Positions 29,117-38,628 of a stretch of 64,000 bases of DNA are shown here, piece after piece. The first letter of the stretch is position 1; every line of letters starts with the position of its first letter. Under the pieces are notes generated by a model. It was given only the letters and a program-made list of their open reading frames with translations. It ran no database searches and was not told the DNA's origin. The DNA lies in the sequence record SRR20825006_1576. One strand, 5' to 3'. The position numbers and the translations under genes were made by a program.

Positions 29117-31051
29117 TTATACCTCCCGGCGCAACCAGACGAGCATTTCGCCCGGCGCACGATTGTCCCAAAGATAATATGGAATGGCCTTGAGAGTGGT
29201 CGTTTCCCGCAATGGCGGCGCGTTGGCGTAAAGCACACCCTTTGGTTGATTTTCCCTGATCGCGGCGATTTCAAGTCCTACTGCGTTTGGCAAACCTTCA
29301 ACCGAAGTTGTTACAGGCGATGTTCCGTCCTTCACGACATAGGCATTGAGTGATGCTGTGTTGTCGGTCTCCTCGACACAGTAGACGAAAGGACCGCGCA
29401 GGATCGCAGCCCGCCCCTGGTCGGGGGCGACCTTCGGATTGGCGTAGAGCATTTCAGCTTCCATGGTGAGATCAAGCTCCACCTTGTCGCCCACCTTCCA
29501 TTCACGTCGAATGCGGAGATACCCCTTCTCCGTCGCGAGGTCCGAGGCCTTACCATTGATCGAGAGTGAAAAGCCTTTCGCCCAGCCCGGCACACGCATC
29601 GACAGTGTGAATTCCGTCGGCGTTTCCGGTTCAAGCCTTACCGCAATCAGGCCATCATCCGGGTAGCGCGTTTTCTGCTTCACACTGACTTTTGTCCCAG
29701 CCACTTCAACGTCTGCATCGTTCTCGCAATAAAGGTGCAGCGCAAGCTCGTCTTCGGCTACAGCATAAAAGTAAGTACCAATTGAAGCGATCAAACGTGA
29801 AATATTGGGTGGGCAGCATGGGCAGCGATGCCAGCGCCAGCGATGGTGATTGCCATAGCTTTCCAGGGGATTGTCGTAGAAAAAATGCGTTCCGTCCTGC
29901 GAAATCCCCGAAAGCGCACCATTATAAAGCGCACGCTCCATGACATCAGTGAAACGGCTGTCGGGTTCACGTCCCAGCATCCGACTGGCCCAGAAAACCA
30001 AAGCAACGGCGGCACAGGTCTCGGCATAGGCCGTTTCGTTCGGCAGGTCGTAATCAAAGGTCAGGCCCTCATTGTCCTTGGAGGGGCCGAAGCCGCCGGT
30101 CACATAAAGGTTTTTGTCTGTCAGGTGCGACCAAAGACCTTCCAGCGCTGGATCAAGGCTGTCATCGGAAAACTCGGTCGCCACATCGGCCATGCCGGCA
30201 TAAAGATAGGCGGCACGCACCGCGTGGCCGACGACTTCACGCTGCTCCCGAACCGGTTTGTGCGCCTGGCAGTATTCCAGTGTCGTAAAGTGAAAGTCTT
30301 CGGGGCTTTCGCCACGCGCGACAGCTTCCTGATCAAAATATTTGGGTTCCTGACCGCGCTGATCAACAAAGAATTTGGCAAGATCAAGATAACGCTGTTC
30401 TCCGGTGACACGTCCCAGCTTCACAAGTGCCAGTTCAAGCTCGGGATGTCCCGGATAACCGCGCTTCTTATCTCCGTCCGGTCCAAAGGTGGCATCAATG
30501 CAGTCTGCATAACGGCACATGATGTCGAGGAATTTGCGTTTGCCGGTTGCATGATAATAGGCAACCGCGCCTTCGATCAGGTGGCCGGCATTATAGAGCT
30601 CATGCCGGTCACGCAGATTGGTCCAGCGCTGCCCGGGTTGTATCCTTTGATACCACGAATTCAGATAACCATCTTCCGCCTGAAGCCGACCATAGGCATC
30701 GATGACCTTATCGACCCGCGCCTCGAGTTCTTTATCGCGGTGGCGGTAGAGGGCGTAGGCCGCCGTTTCGATACTCTTGCCGAAATCGGAGTCCCAGAAC
30801 ATCTGGGTCGTAACCGTATTTCCATGATCATAAGGAATAACGATACCAGGATTGGGAACATCCGGATCGACTTGTTCGAGCATCCGCGCTTCAATGCAGC
30901 GGTCAAACAAAAGCTTGGCGGTCGTTGTTGCAATGACATCGACATGCGGGCCGAAAAAACCACCAACATTGACCTGATTGACAGCCAGCGGGCGAAACTT
31001 CGACTTGGGTTGAAACATGCCGTGGGCCGTTACGGGTGCAGTATCGTTCAT
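29117..31051 (-). CDS. GH127 beta-L-arabinofuranosidase-like glycosidase
   Basis: FWDSD, HELYNAGH, GHAVRA, YAETCA and CPCCPPN (Cys/Zn catalytic motifs of GH127). Confidence 0.9.
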   Translation of the reverse strand: MNDTAPVTAHGMFQPKSKFRPLAVNQVNVGGFFGPHVDVIATTTAKLLFDRCIEARMLEQVDPDVPNPGIVIPYDHGNTVTTQMFWDSDFGKSIETAAYALYRHRDKELEARVDKVIDAYGRLQAEDGYLNSWYQRIQPGQRWTNLRDRHELYNAGHLIEGAVAYYHATGKRKFLDIMCRYADCIDATFGPDGDKKRGYPGHPELELALVKLGRVTGEQRYLDLAKFFVDQRGQEPKYFDQEAVARGESPEDFHFTTLEYCQAHKPVREQREVVGHAVRAAYLYAGMADVATEFSDDSLDPALEGLWSHLTDKNLYVTGGFGPSKDNEGLTFDYDLPNETAYAETCAAVALVFWASRMLGREPDSRFTDVMERALYNGALSGISQDGTHFFYDNPLESYGNHHRWRWHRCPCCPPNISRLIASIGTYFYAVAEDELALHLYCENDADVEVAGTKVSVKQKTRYPDDGLIAVRLEPETPTEFTLSMRVPGWAKGFSLSINGKASDLATEKGYLRIRREWKVGDKVELDLTMEAEMLYANPKVAPDQGRAAILRGPFVYCVEETDNTASLNAYVVKDGTSPVTTSVEGLPNAVGLEIAAIRENQPKGVLYANAPPLRETTTLKAIPYYLWDNRAPGEMLVWLRREV

Positions 31052-31080
31052 TTCATGCATCCTTTTTGAAAAGGTATTGT

Positions 31081-31971
31081 TTATTTCACTGCTCCGGCCG
31101 TGAGGCCGCGAATATAGGAGCGTTGAAGAATGAGGAAGAGGATCATGCAGGGGATCATCATCAACGTGACACCGGCCTGCACAGCGCCCCAGTCCACGGA
31201 TCCGTAGCGTCCGTAGCGCACGGCGGTCATCAGAACCGGTAGCGTGAATTTCGATTGATCGGTGAGAAGCACAAGGGCGGCGAGGAATTCGTTCCAGGCA
31301 TTCAGGAAAGCGAAAAGGCCAACGGTCACCACACCGGGCAACACCAGCGGCCCCATGACCTGCACCAGCATACGCACGCCCTTGACGCCGTCCATCCGGG
31401 CTGCCTCCTCGATTTCCTTCGGCACAGCGTCAAATGCGTTGCGCATCATGAAAACAGAGAAGGGAAGCTGAAGCGTTGAGTAGATTAACACCAGCCCGAT
31501 CAGCGTGTTCTGAAGTCCCATTTTCGCCAGAAGAAGAAACAGTGGCGTCAGGATCGACTGGAACGGGATCATCATCGTCGACAGGATCAGGATGAAGGCA
31601 AATCCCTTCAAGGGAAACCGGTAACGTGAAAAGCCATAGCCGGCCAGAATGGCAACTACAATTGTCAAGGCCGAAGTGCCAAGGGCCACAAAAAGTGAGT
31701 TACCGGAATAATGCAGTACCGATTGCCCGAAATTCTCAAGCCTTTCATAACTTGAAATACTGAAACCATCCATCGGCCATGGCGGCAGCGGCGGTTGCGT
31801 GGATTCAGCGGGCGTTCGAAAGCTTGCAAGAATAACCCAGACCAGCGGTGCAAGGAACATCGCCGCGACCAGCGCTGCGGTTACGTGAAACAGGACACGG
31901 TGATAACGAAACCGCCCCCTGCGACGAACAGTAGCCATGGGGATCGTGTCTTTTACTGCTGTGGCTGTCAT
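31081..31971 (-). CDS. Carbohydrate ABC transporter permease (MalG-like)
   Basis: EAA loop IEEAARMDG, AWNEF, C-terminal GLTAGAVK. Confidence 0.92.
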   Translation of the reverse strand: MTATAVKDTIPMATVRRRGRFRYHRVLFHVTAALVAAMFLAPLVWVILASFRTPAESTQPPLPPWPMDGFSISSYERLENFGQSVLHYSGNSLFVALGTSALTIVVAILAGYGFSRYRFPLKGFAFILILSTMMIPFQSILTPLFLLLAKMGLQNTLIGLVLIYSTLQLPFSVFMMRNAFDAVPKEIEEAARMDGVKGVRMLVQVMGPLVLPGVVTVGLFAFLNAWNEFLAALVLLTDQSKFTLPVLMTAVRYGRYGSVDWGAVQAGVTLMMIPCMILFLILQRSYIRGLTAGAVK

Positions 31972-32894
31972 TTCTTGTCCTTCCGATCGCTGAGCAGCGC
32001 GAGTTGGAATACACTCAGCGCAAGGAGAATGAGCAGAAGCACCATGGAAAGCGCCGCGCCATAACCCAGACGGAAGGAGACGAAGCTCTCGTTGAAGATC
32101 TTGTAGACAGCCGTCACCGTCTTGTTCTGAGGTCCACCGTTCAAGATGATGTAGAACTGATCAAATGCCAGCATCGAACCTGACACGCACAGGATCAGCG
32201 CCAGCGCAAACGGTTTACGGATCAGCGGCATGGTGATGTAACGGAAGCGTTGAAGTGCCTTGGCGCCGTCGATGCGCGCGGCCTCTTGGTAATCCGTCGG
32301 AATGGACTGCAGACCGCTCATCAGGATCACCATGAAGAAACCAGCCATCTTCCAGACGACCATCACGATTACCGACCAGAAAGCAGGTGTGAAGTTGGCA
32401 AGGATATTAACCCGCCCCTTGGTGAGGCCGAGATCCTGTGCCAGCGGCGAAAACAGGCCAGTATCGACATTTGAAAGCCAGACCCACAACAGTGCGGCAG
32501 ACGCAAAGCCGGTGACCACAGGTAGGAAATAGATTGTGCGATAGGCAGAAACAGCCCGTCCCTGCCCTTGAACGATGAGGGCCAGCCCCAATGCCATCCC
32601 CATCAGCGCGATCGTGACGACAACGGTGTACTGAATTGTAAACCAGAGCGACGACCAGAAGCTTTTATCGAAAATAAGCCGTTCGTAATTATCAAGGCCA
32701 ATGAAACGCGGCAGGCCCATCAGCGGCCATTTGTGCAATGACATCCAGACCGTCATTCCAAGCGGTATGATGAAGAACACTGTCACCAGCGCCAGCGCCG
32801 GCAGCACGTAGATCAGACCGGCCCATCTTGATTTTCTTCGCCGTCGCCGCTTCGGCGGGAGGTCAGCCACTCCCGCCAATGTCTTGTCAGACAT
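31968..32894 (-). CDS. Carbohydrate ABC transporter permease (MalF-like)
   Basis: FIGLDNY, EAARIDGA, GGP; ATGA overlap with the next permease. Confidence 0.92.
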   Translation of the reverse strand: MSDKTLAGVADLPPKRRRRRKSRWAGLIYVLPALALVTVFFIIPLGMTVWMSLHKWPLMGLPRFIGLDNYERLIFDKSFWSSLWFTIQYTVVVTIALMGMALGLALIVQGQGRAVSAYRTIYFLPVVTGFASAALLWVWLSNVDTGLFSPLAQDLGLTKGRVNILANFTPAFWSVIVMVVWKMAGFFMVILMSGLQSIPTDYQEAARIDGAKALQRFRYITMPLIRKPFALALILCVSGSMLAFDQFYIILNGGPQNKTVTAVYKIFNESFVSFRLGYGAALSMVLLLILLALSVFQLALLSDRKDKK

Positions 32895-32980
32895 GGCAAA
32901 ATCCTTTCGCATCCGATATCAGACAGATGCCGCCAGCCGGCTTGACCGGCGGCACCTTCATGCGTTTTTCGATTTTGCAA

Positions 32981-34234
32981 TCAGCGTGAAGAGTCGATGA
33001 TCGACTGCATCTCGTCCTGCGCCTGGTTGATGGCGTCCTGCACGTCTTCTTCACTGTCTGCAAAGAAAGCCTTGTTGAGCATGGTAACCCAGGGACCGTT
33101 GCGCGAGTTGATGAGGTCATTGAACACGGGGCTGTAAGGCGTACGCCCTTTATCCATGGCCTTGGCAGCCGTCAGGTAACGAGCATCAAGCCCTTCAAGT
33201 GCCTGTTCGGCGACATCACTGCGAACGGGCAATGAGCCATTCTGGGCCAGTATCTTTTGACCTTCCGGCGAATACGCAAACTCTATGAAGGCCTTGATTG
33301 CGGGCATTTTATCATCTTCGGTCTTCGCTGAAACAACAATATTGTCACCACCTGCGAAGGACGACCAGCCGCCATCCTGCCCCGGAAGGTAGGTCACACC
33401 ATAATCCAGATCCGGATACTGATTGTTGAGAGCGCCAATGGCGAACGAACCTGACGGCGTGATGCCGATATTGCCGCCGGCAAACGCAGCAAAGAAATTC
33501 GAACCGGCATCGGTCTGTGAACCTGCCGGAACGAGACCGTCCTTGACCATACCGCGATAAAACTCAATCGCCGCCTTCATCTGCGGGGTATTGACCGTGG
33601 CTTTCGCGCCCTCATCTTCGAACAGGTTGCCACCCGATGCCCAGACCAGTGGTGTAAAGGTGAAGATATTGCAGCCGCCGCAATTGCCGGAGAAATAAAA
33701 GCCATACGTTTCATCGCCCAGAGCACCGACAGCAGCGGCATCTTTGCGGATTTCAGCCCACGTTGTCGGAGCCTTGTCGGGGTCGAGGCCAGCTTCTTCA
33801 AACAGGTTCTTGTTCCAGACGAGAACCGATGCATCGGCAGAGAACGGCATTCCGTATATCTTGCCGTCATATGTGCCGACTGTCAGATGCGCTTTCGACA
33901 GGCTGTCATAATACGGCAGTCCTCTGGCAAACTCAGTCAGATCCTTCAACTGGCCAGCCTGCGCAAACGACGGTGTATATATAAGGTCAAGCGACAAAGC
34001 ATCTGGCTCAGAACCGCCTGCAGCAGCAATGGCATATTTCTGTACCAACTCATTTACCGGCACAATCTGAAGCTCTGCCGTATCTTCGCCCTTGGCGTTG
34101 AAAGCCTCAACCAGCTTTGGCATGAACTCCGACCCATCTGAACGGACCCAGAGAGAGAAGGTTTCAGCCTGTGCGAGGCCCGGTATTGTAATTGCCAGAG
34201 CGGCAGCGCCGCCCAGAAGTGTCTTCAGTTTCAT
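32981..34234 (-). CDS. Sugar ABC transporter substrate-binding protein
   Basis: Signal peptide ending AQA, YDGKIYGMP, WNKNLFEEAG.P..PTTW (SBP family 1). Confidence 0.9.
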   Translation of the reverse strand: MKLKTLLGGAAALAITIPGLAQAETFSLWVRSDGSEFMPKLVEAFNAKGEDTAELQIVPVNELVQKYAIAAAGGSEPDALSLDLIYTPSFAQAGQLKDLTEFARGLPYYDSLSKAHLTVGTYDGKIYGMPFSADASVLVWNKNLFEEAGLDPDKAPTTWAEIRKDAAAVGALGDETYGFYFSGNCGGCNIFTFTPLVWASGGNLFEDEGAKATVNTPQMKAAIEFYRGMVKDGLVPAGSQTDAGSNFFAAFAGGNIGITPSGSFAIGALNNQYPDLDYGVTYLPGQDGGWSSFAGGDNIVVSAKTEDDKMPAIKAFIEFAYSPEGQKILAQNGSLPVRSDVAEQALEGLDARYLTAAKAMDKGRTPYSPVFNDLINSRNGPWVTMLNKAFFADSEEDVQDAINQAQDEMQSIIDSSR

Positions 34235-34276
34235 CGTAGATTACCTCCCAGTTTACGATCTCATATTCACAAAACA

Positions 34277-34298
34277 ACTGCGCGAACGTTTGCGCAGT
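34277..34298. promoter_or_regulatory. Putative LacI-family operator upstream of the ABC operon
   Basis: Near-perfect palindrome ACTGCGCGAACGTTTGCGCAGT with central CG, typical of LacI sites. Confidence 0.75.
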
Positions 34299-34355
34299 GA
34301 CGTTAATTGCCTCCCCCCTTACAGGCGCAAGAATAAAGAGGAGGTCTCTTATGCC

Positions 34356-35405
34356 CTATTCGCCGGGCTGTGCGCCGCATGATTGCCTGACGACAAGCTG
34401 ACAAGGCGTTTCGCGTATACCTGGCGAAACCGGCTTTCCGTCGATTAAATCGAGAAGCGCCAGTCCGGCATTCCGCCCGAGGCTTGGAAGCCCCATATCT
34501 ATAGTTGTCAACGGCGGGCGGGTCGCCCTTGCAAACACTTCCCAGTTATCAAACCCGACAATGGCGACATCATCGGGAACCCGAATTCCTTTCAGCGCAA
34601 ACGCATCAATCACGCCGCGCGCGATCTGATCATTGCCACAGAAAATCGCATCGGGCCGTTCTCCAGAATCGATCATCATGGAGGCCGTTTCAAAACCGTG
34701 CGCCTCGGTCCAGGCGGAGTAAGCAGCAACCCCGAAAGGCTCAAGCCCGGCCTCTTTCAGCGCAAGGCACCAACCCTCGGCGCGCAAATGCGCAGCTCTG
34801 AAGTCAATCGGCCCGGTGATGTGCGCGATTTTCCGCCGCCCGAGCCCGATAAGGTGCTGTACGGCATCTTTTGCAGCATTCAAATCATCGGGCACAAAGC
34901 TGACGGCCCCATCCGGCGCAGCGGCGTAAACATAGACAACGGGCATCCCCATATGCGGCAATTCGATCGGAAGTCCGCGGTCAATACGCTTCCCGGTGAT
35001 CACCAGACCATCAACACGCTTTTCCTCCATAGCCCGAAGATTGAGCGTAAGCCGCTCTGCTTCATATTCTCCGGCGCTCAAGAAAACCGAAACGCCACGG
35101 TCAGCCATCGCAGAAGACAGCCCTGCTGCAACCGGCAAAGTGAAGCGTCCATAGGTGTCATTTGTCAAAAGCCCAAGAGTGAAAGATCGTTGCTGCACCA
35201 GACCGCGGGCGATCGAGTTCGGCCGATAATCCAGGTCAGCCGCAACCTTGCATACACGCTCACGGGTATCATCGGACATCCGTCCCGAACCATTCAGTGC
35301 GCGCGAAGCAGTCGTCACGCTCACCCCGGCTTTCGCTGCAACGTCACGAATCGTACTGCGCTGATAGACAGTACCCGATTGCGGCCTCACTCCCCTGTCC
35401 GTCAA
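34356..35405 (-). CDS. LacI-family transcriptional regulator
   Basis: TIRDVAAKAGVSVTTASRALN HTH, YRPN..ARGL hinge, PDDVAIVGFD, PPLTTI; TTG 35405 chosen (GGAGGG RBS). Confidence 0.92.
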   Translation of the reverse strand: MTDRGVRPQSGTVYQRSTIRDVAAKAGVSVTTASRALNGSGRMSDDTRERVCKVAADLDYRPNSIARGLVQQRSFTLGLLTNDTYGRFTLPVAAGLSSAMADRGVSVFLSAGEYEAERLTLNLRAMEEKRVDGLVITGKRIDRGLPIELPHMGMPVVYVYAAAPDGAVSFVPDDLNAAKDAVQHLIGLGRRKIAHITGPIDFRAAHLRAEGWCLALKEAGLEPFGVAAYSAWTEAHGFETASMMIDSGERPDAIFCGNDQIARGVIDAFALKGIRVPDDVAIVGFDNWEVFARATRPPLTTIDMGLPSLGRNAGLALLDLIDGKPVSPGIRETPCQLVVRQSCGAQPGE

Positions 35406-35440
35406 ACTACCCTCCAGCCACGATAACACCAAAACGAATG

Positions 35441-35458
35441 TGAACAAACGTTTGCTCA
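35441..35458. promoter_or_regulatory. Second copy of the putative LacI operator (autoregulatory)
   Basis: TGAACAAACGTTTGCTCA; same CRAACGTTTGC core as 34277-34298; an extra CGTTTGCGCA half-site at 35471-35480. Confidence 0.65.
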
Positions 35459-35749
35459 AACATGGTTTATCGTTTGCGCAAGTTAATCGTGACACATAAT
35501 GTCTTACTGTCAACACTCTTTTTTAGACATTTTTCTCACGCGACCGAGACGCAATGGTTGAAGCTTTAAAATCTCCTTCGATTGCGGGCACGATCGTAGG
35601 ATTGATCATTTGCAGAGACTGAGATGCAGATTCACAACGTGTATGTGTCCTGATTTTCCAGATTCTGAATTGGGGCTGGCCTTAAACGTCAATTCTGAAA
35701 TAGTGTTAAACCGGATTAGTTTCGAGCAGAATCCCAATACGAGGTCCCT

Positions 35750-36841
35750 ATGTGCACATCGCTGCTTTATAACGATCTTTCCGGCTCCGTTTATGCCGGA
35801 AGGACACTGGAACTGCCGGTAGAGCTCCCCTACCTTGCGGCCTACCTCCCCAAAGGAACCCAGCTTGTTTCGAAAACCGAAACCCACGCGCCGCTGTCCT
35901 TTACCGCCCGGTACGACATATTCGGCATCGTCGTACCGAATGGCACCGTTGAAGACCTCAAATTCGTGGAAGGCCTCAACAATGCCGGCCTGAACTACAG
36001 CATTCTGGCATTCGCCGATACGCACGGTCCGGCAGATACGTTTGAAAAAGACGCCGAAGTGCTGTCCGCCATTGACCTTGGATGCTGGATGCTTTCACAA
36101 TTTGCAACCATTGACGAGGTAAAAGCCGGGTTACAGAAACAGCCGGTTCTTGTTGAAGAGCTTGCCGCACTCGGTGGCACGGTTCCACCGTTTCATTACA
36201 CTGTTCATGATCGTAGCGGTGCATCGCTGGTAATCGAGTTTTTCGACGGTGAAATGCACCTGTTCGACAACCCAATCGGCGTGATGACAAACAGCCCGCG
36301 CTTCGATTGGCACCTGACCAATCTGAACAACTACACCCACCTGTCGAATATCGATCACTCCAGCGCAAGCTTTCTGGGCCAGAATTTCATCCAGCCCGAT
36401 TCCGGTATCGCGACTGTGACCCTGCCCGGTTCCGATACGGCAGTCGACCGCTTCGTGCGTGCCGTTTATTACGCCAATTTTTCCGAAAAAGTTGACGGCC
36501 CTGACGGCGCCATCCGCCAACTGGGTCATGTGATGAACAAATTCGACAGACCTAAAGGTGCTTCGGTTTACTCCAGTGCCAAGGCAAGCGCCCTCACCGA
36601 GTCAGCGACAAAAATGATGGAGGGGACACCGGCAGAAAAGCCGGAATATATCACCGAGTATACGTCATGGATAACGTTGATCGACCTTCAGCGAAACACC
36701 TTCTTTCTGCGTACCTATAACAGCCTTGGTTATGTAAAATTCGACATGGCGGTTCTGACGGCAGATGGTCCTAGGGTTGCCCCATTGGAGGCTTTTAATC
36801 AGGCGGCCAGCGACGCCGAGAAAATCCTGCTCGCTCAATAG
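35750..36841 (+). CDS. Linear amide C-N hydrolase (choloylglycine hydrolase / penicillin V acylase family, Ntn)
   Basis: N-terminal nucleophile MCT, GRTLE, EGLNNAGL, VMTNSP, LPG..T.VDRFVRA; no signal peptide. Confidence 0.88.
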   Translation: MCTSLLYNDLSGSVYAGRTLELPVELPYLAAYLPKGTQLVSKTETHAPLSFTARYDIFGIVVPNGTVEDLKFVEGLNNAGLNYSILAFADTHGPADTFEKDAEVLSAIDLGCWMLSQFATIDEVKAGLQKQPVLVEELAALGGTVPPFHYTVHDRSGASLVIEFFDGEMHLFDNPIGVMTNSPRFDWHLTNLNNYTHLSNIDHSSASFLGQNFIQPDSGIATVTLPGSDTAVDRFVRAVYYANFSEKVDGPDGAIRQLGHVMNKFDRPKGASVYSSAKASALTESATKMMEGTPAEKPEYITEYTSWITLIDLQRNTFFLRTYNSLGYVKFDMAVLTADGPRVAPLEAFNQAASDAEKILLAQ

Positions 36842-36856
36842 TGATTTCAAAACATG

Positions 36857-36893
36857 AAAAACGCCGCATAACGTATTGTTATACGGCGTTTTT
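36857..36893. terminator. Bidirectional terminator between the Ntn hydrolase and gadB
   Basis: AAAAACGCCG-CATAAC...GTTATA-CGGCGTTTTT. Confidence 0.75.
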
Positions 36894-36937
36894 AATACAA
36901 ACAAGATAGCGGCGGCATAACACACCGCCATGCCACC

Positions 36938-38332
36938 TCAATGGTGGAAGCCGGATGCCTCTTCACTGGTCAGCGGATTGACGATCGGATGCGCCTTGAA
37001 ATACTCAACCGCTGCCTTGATATCGTCCATAAGCAGCGAACACATATCAATACTGACACCGTTTCTGACGAGAATCCGCTGAACCGCCTGGTCCTGACAA
37101 TTGGTCGGCAAGGTATAGGCAGGCACCTGCCAGCCGCGCGCACGAAGTCTGTCGGCAAGATCGAAAAGGGTGTAGTTCGTTTTCAGGTCTTCTTTAAGCT
37201 TCCATGAAACGGCAGGGATACCGCGATTCATATCACCGTCGAACATGACGTCAACGAGACCGCTTTTCTCCAGTTCGTCAGCCAGATATTTGGCCGAACG
37301 GTAGCAGGCTTCGTGAACCTTGCGATAACCTTCACGGCCGAGACGCAGAAAATTGTAATACTGGCAAACAACCTGACCTCCGGGTCGCGAAAAATTCAGA
37401 GCGATATCGCGCATGTTACCACCGAGATAGTTCACCCAGAAAATCATCTGTTCGGGCAGATCCTGCTCCTCACGCCAGAGCACCCAGCCAACGCCAAGCG
37501 GAGACAGGCCAAACTTGTGGCCCGACGCATTAATCGATTTCACCCGGGGCAGACGGAAATCCCATTCCAGTTCCGGCGCGCAGAACGGTGCCAGAAAACC
37601 GCCGCTGGCACCGTCAACGTGAATGGGAATATCAAGTCCGGTGCGCGCCTGAAGATCATCCAGGGCGTCCGAAACAGCTTTTACCGGCTCATATTCCCCG
37701 GTAAATGTCACGCCGAGGGTCGGAACGACGCCGATTGTGTTTTCATCACACAGCTTCAGCACCTCTTCGGGTGTCATCAGCAGGCGACCGTTTTCCATTG
37801 GTATTTCGCGGTGCTCGATATCCCAGTACCGGGTAAACTTGTGCCAGCAGATCTGAACCGGGCCGGTGATCAGGTTCGGTTTATCGGTCGGCTTGCCCTC
37901 CGCCTTGCGCTTTGCTTCCCAGCGCCGCTTCATCGCAAGACCGCCGAGCATAGCCGCTTCAGACGAACCGGTTGTCGAGGTTCCGGTGGCCGGACCTTCC
38001 GGCGCATTCCAGAGGTCAGCCAGCATACGCACGCAGCGTGCCTCAATCTCGGCCGTCTGCGGATATTCGTCCTTATCGACCATATTCTTGTCGATGCACT
38101 CATCCATCAGGCGATGAACTTCGGGCTCCTCCCAAGTCTGGCAGAATGTTGCAAGATTCTGACGGGCATTGCCATCCAGAAGCAATTCATCATGGATTGC
38201 CGCATAGGCAAGACGTGGTGCGCGCTCCCTTGCCGGAAACTGAGACTTCGGCAGGATCGACGCCAGGTCGGCTGCGCCATAGGTTTCGTCATTAGGATCA
38301 AATAATGGTTCCTCGGTACGGCTATCGGCCAT
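36938..38332 (-). CDS. gadB: Glutamate decarboxylase (PLP-dependent)
   Basis: [33 protein letters not shown] Lys in [17 protein letters not shown]-terminal GFHH. Confidence 0.94.
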   Translation of the reverse strand: MADSRTEEPLFDPNDETYGAADLASILPKSQFPARERAPRLAYAAIHDELLLDGNARQNLATFCQTWEEPEVHRLMDECIDKNMVDKDEYPQTAEIEARCVRMLADLWNAPEGPATGTSTTGSSEAAMLGGLAMKRRWEAKRKAEGKPTDKPNLITGPVQICWHKFTRYWDIEHREIPMENGRLLMTPEEVLKLCDENTIGVVPTLGVTFTGEYEPVKAVSDALDDLQARTGLDIPIHVDGASGGFLAPFCAPELEWDFRLPRVKSINASGHKFGLSPLGVGWVLWREEQDLPEQMIFWVNYLGGNMRDIALNFSRPGGQVVCQYYNFLRLGREGYRKVHEACYRSAKYLADELEKSGLVDVMFDGDMNRGIPAVSWKLKEDLKTNYTLFDLADRLRARGWQVPAYTLPTNCQDQAVQRILVRNGVSIDMCSLLMDDIKAAVEYFKAHPIVNPLTSEEASGFHH

Positions 38333-38628
38333 CGGCGTAACTCCCTTTCAAGCAGTCTTTGAAAACAGGTATCGGCTCGAATGACAGCGGTCAAGGTAGC
38401 CATGTAAGCTGTTACTTTCCGATATAACCATCACATCATATGCCCGCTTCAGACTTGATTCGAAACCTGGCTGTCCTTACAGTTTTCAAAGTGTGAGTGT
38501 CGTGGCATGTGATCATTCCAACCTGCCTAACTGCTTCTTTTTGATTGAGGGCCGCTGTGTCACGCTGTCGCAAGTTTCGACGTTTAAAAGCCAATGATCT
38601 GAGCGCGCTTCACAAATCGCGTGAAAAA

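Noticed and set aside
29828-31069. 413-aa plus-strand ORF antisense to GH127
   Set aside because: Shadow ORF from codon bias; no recognisable motifs; completely overlaps a well-supported gene.
37313-38305. 330-aa ORF antisense to gadB (likewise 23307-24119 against pflB and 15313-16092 against rel)
   Set aside because: In-register antisense shadows without motifs.
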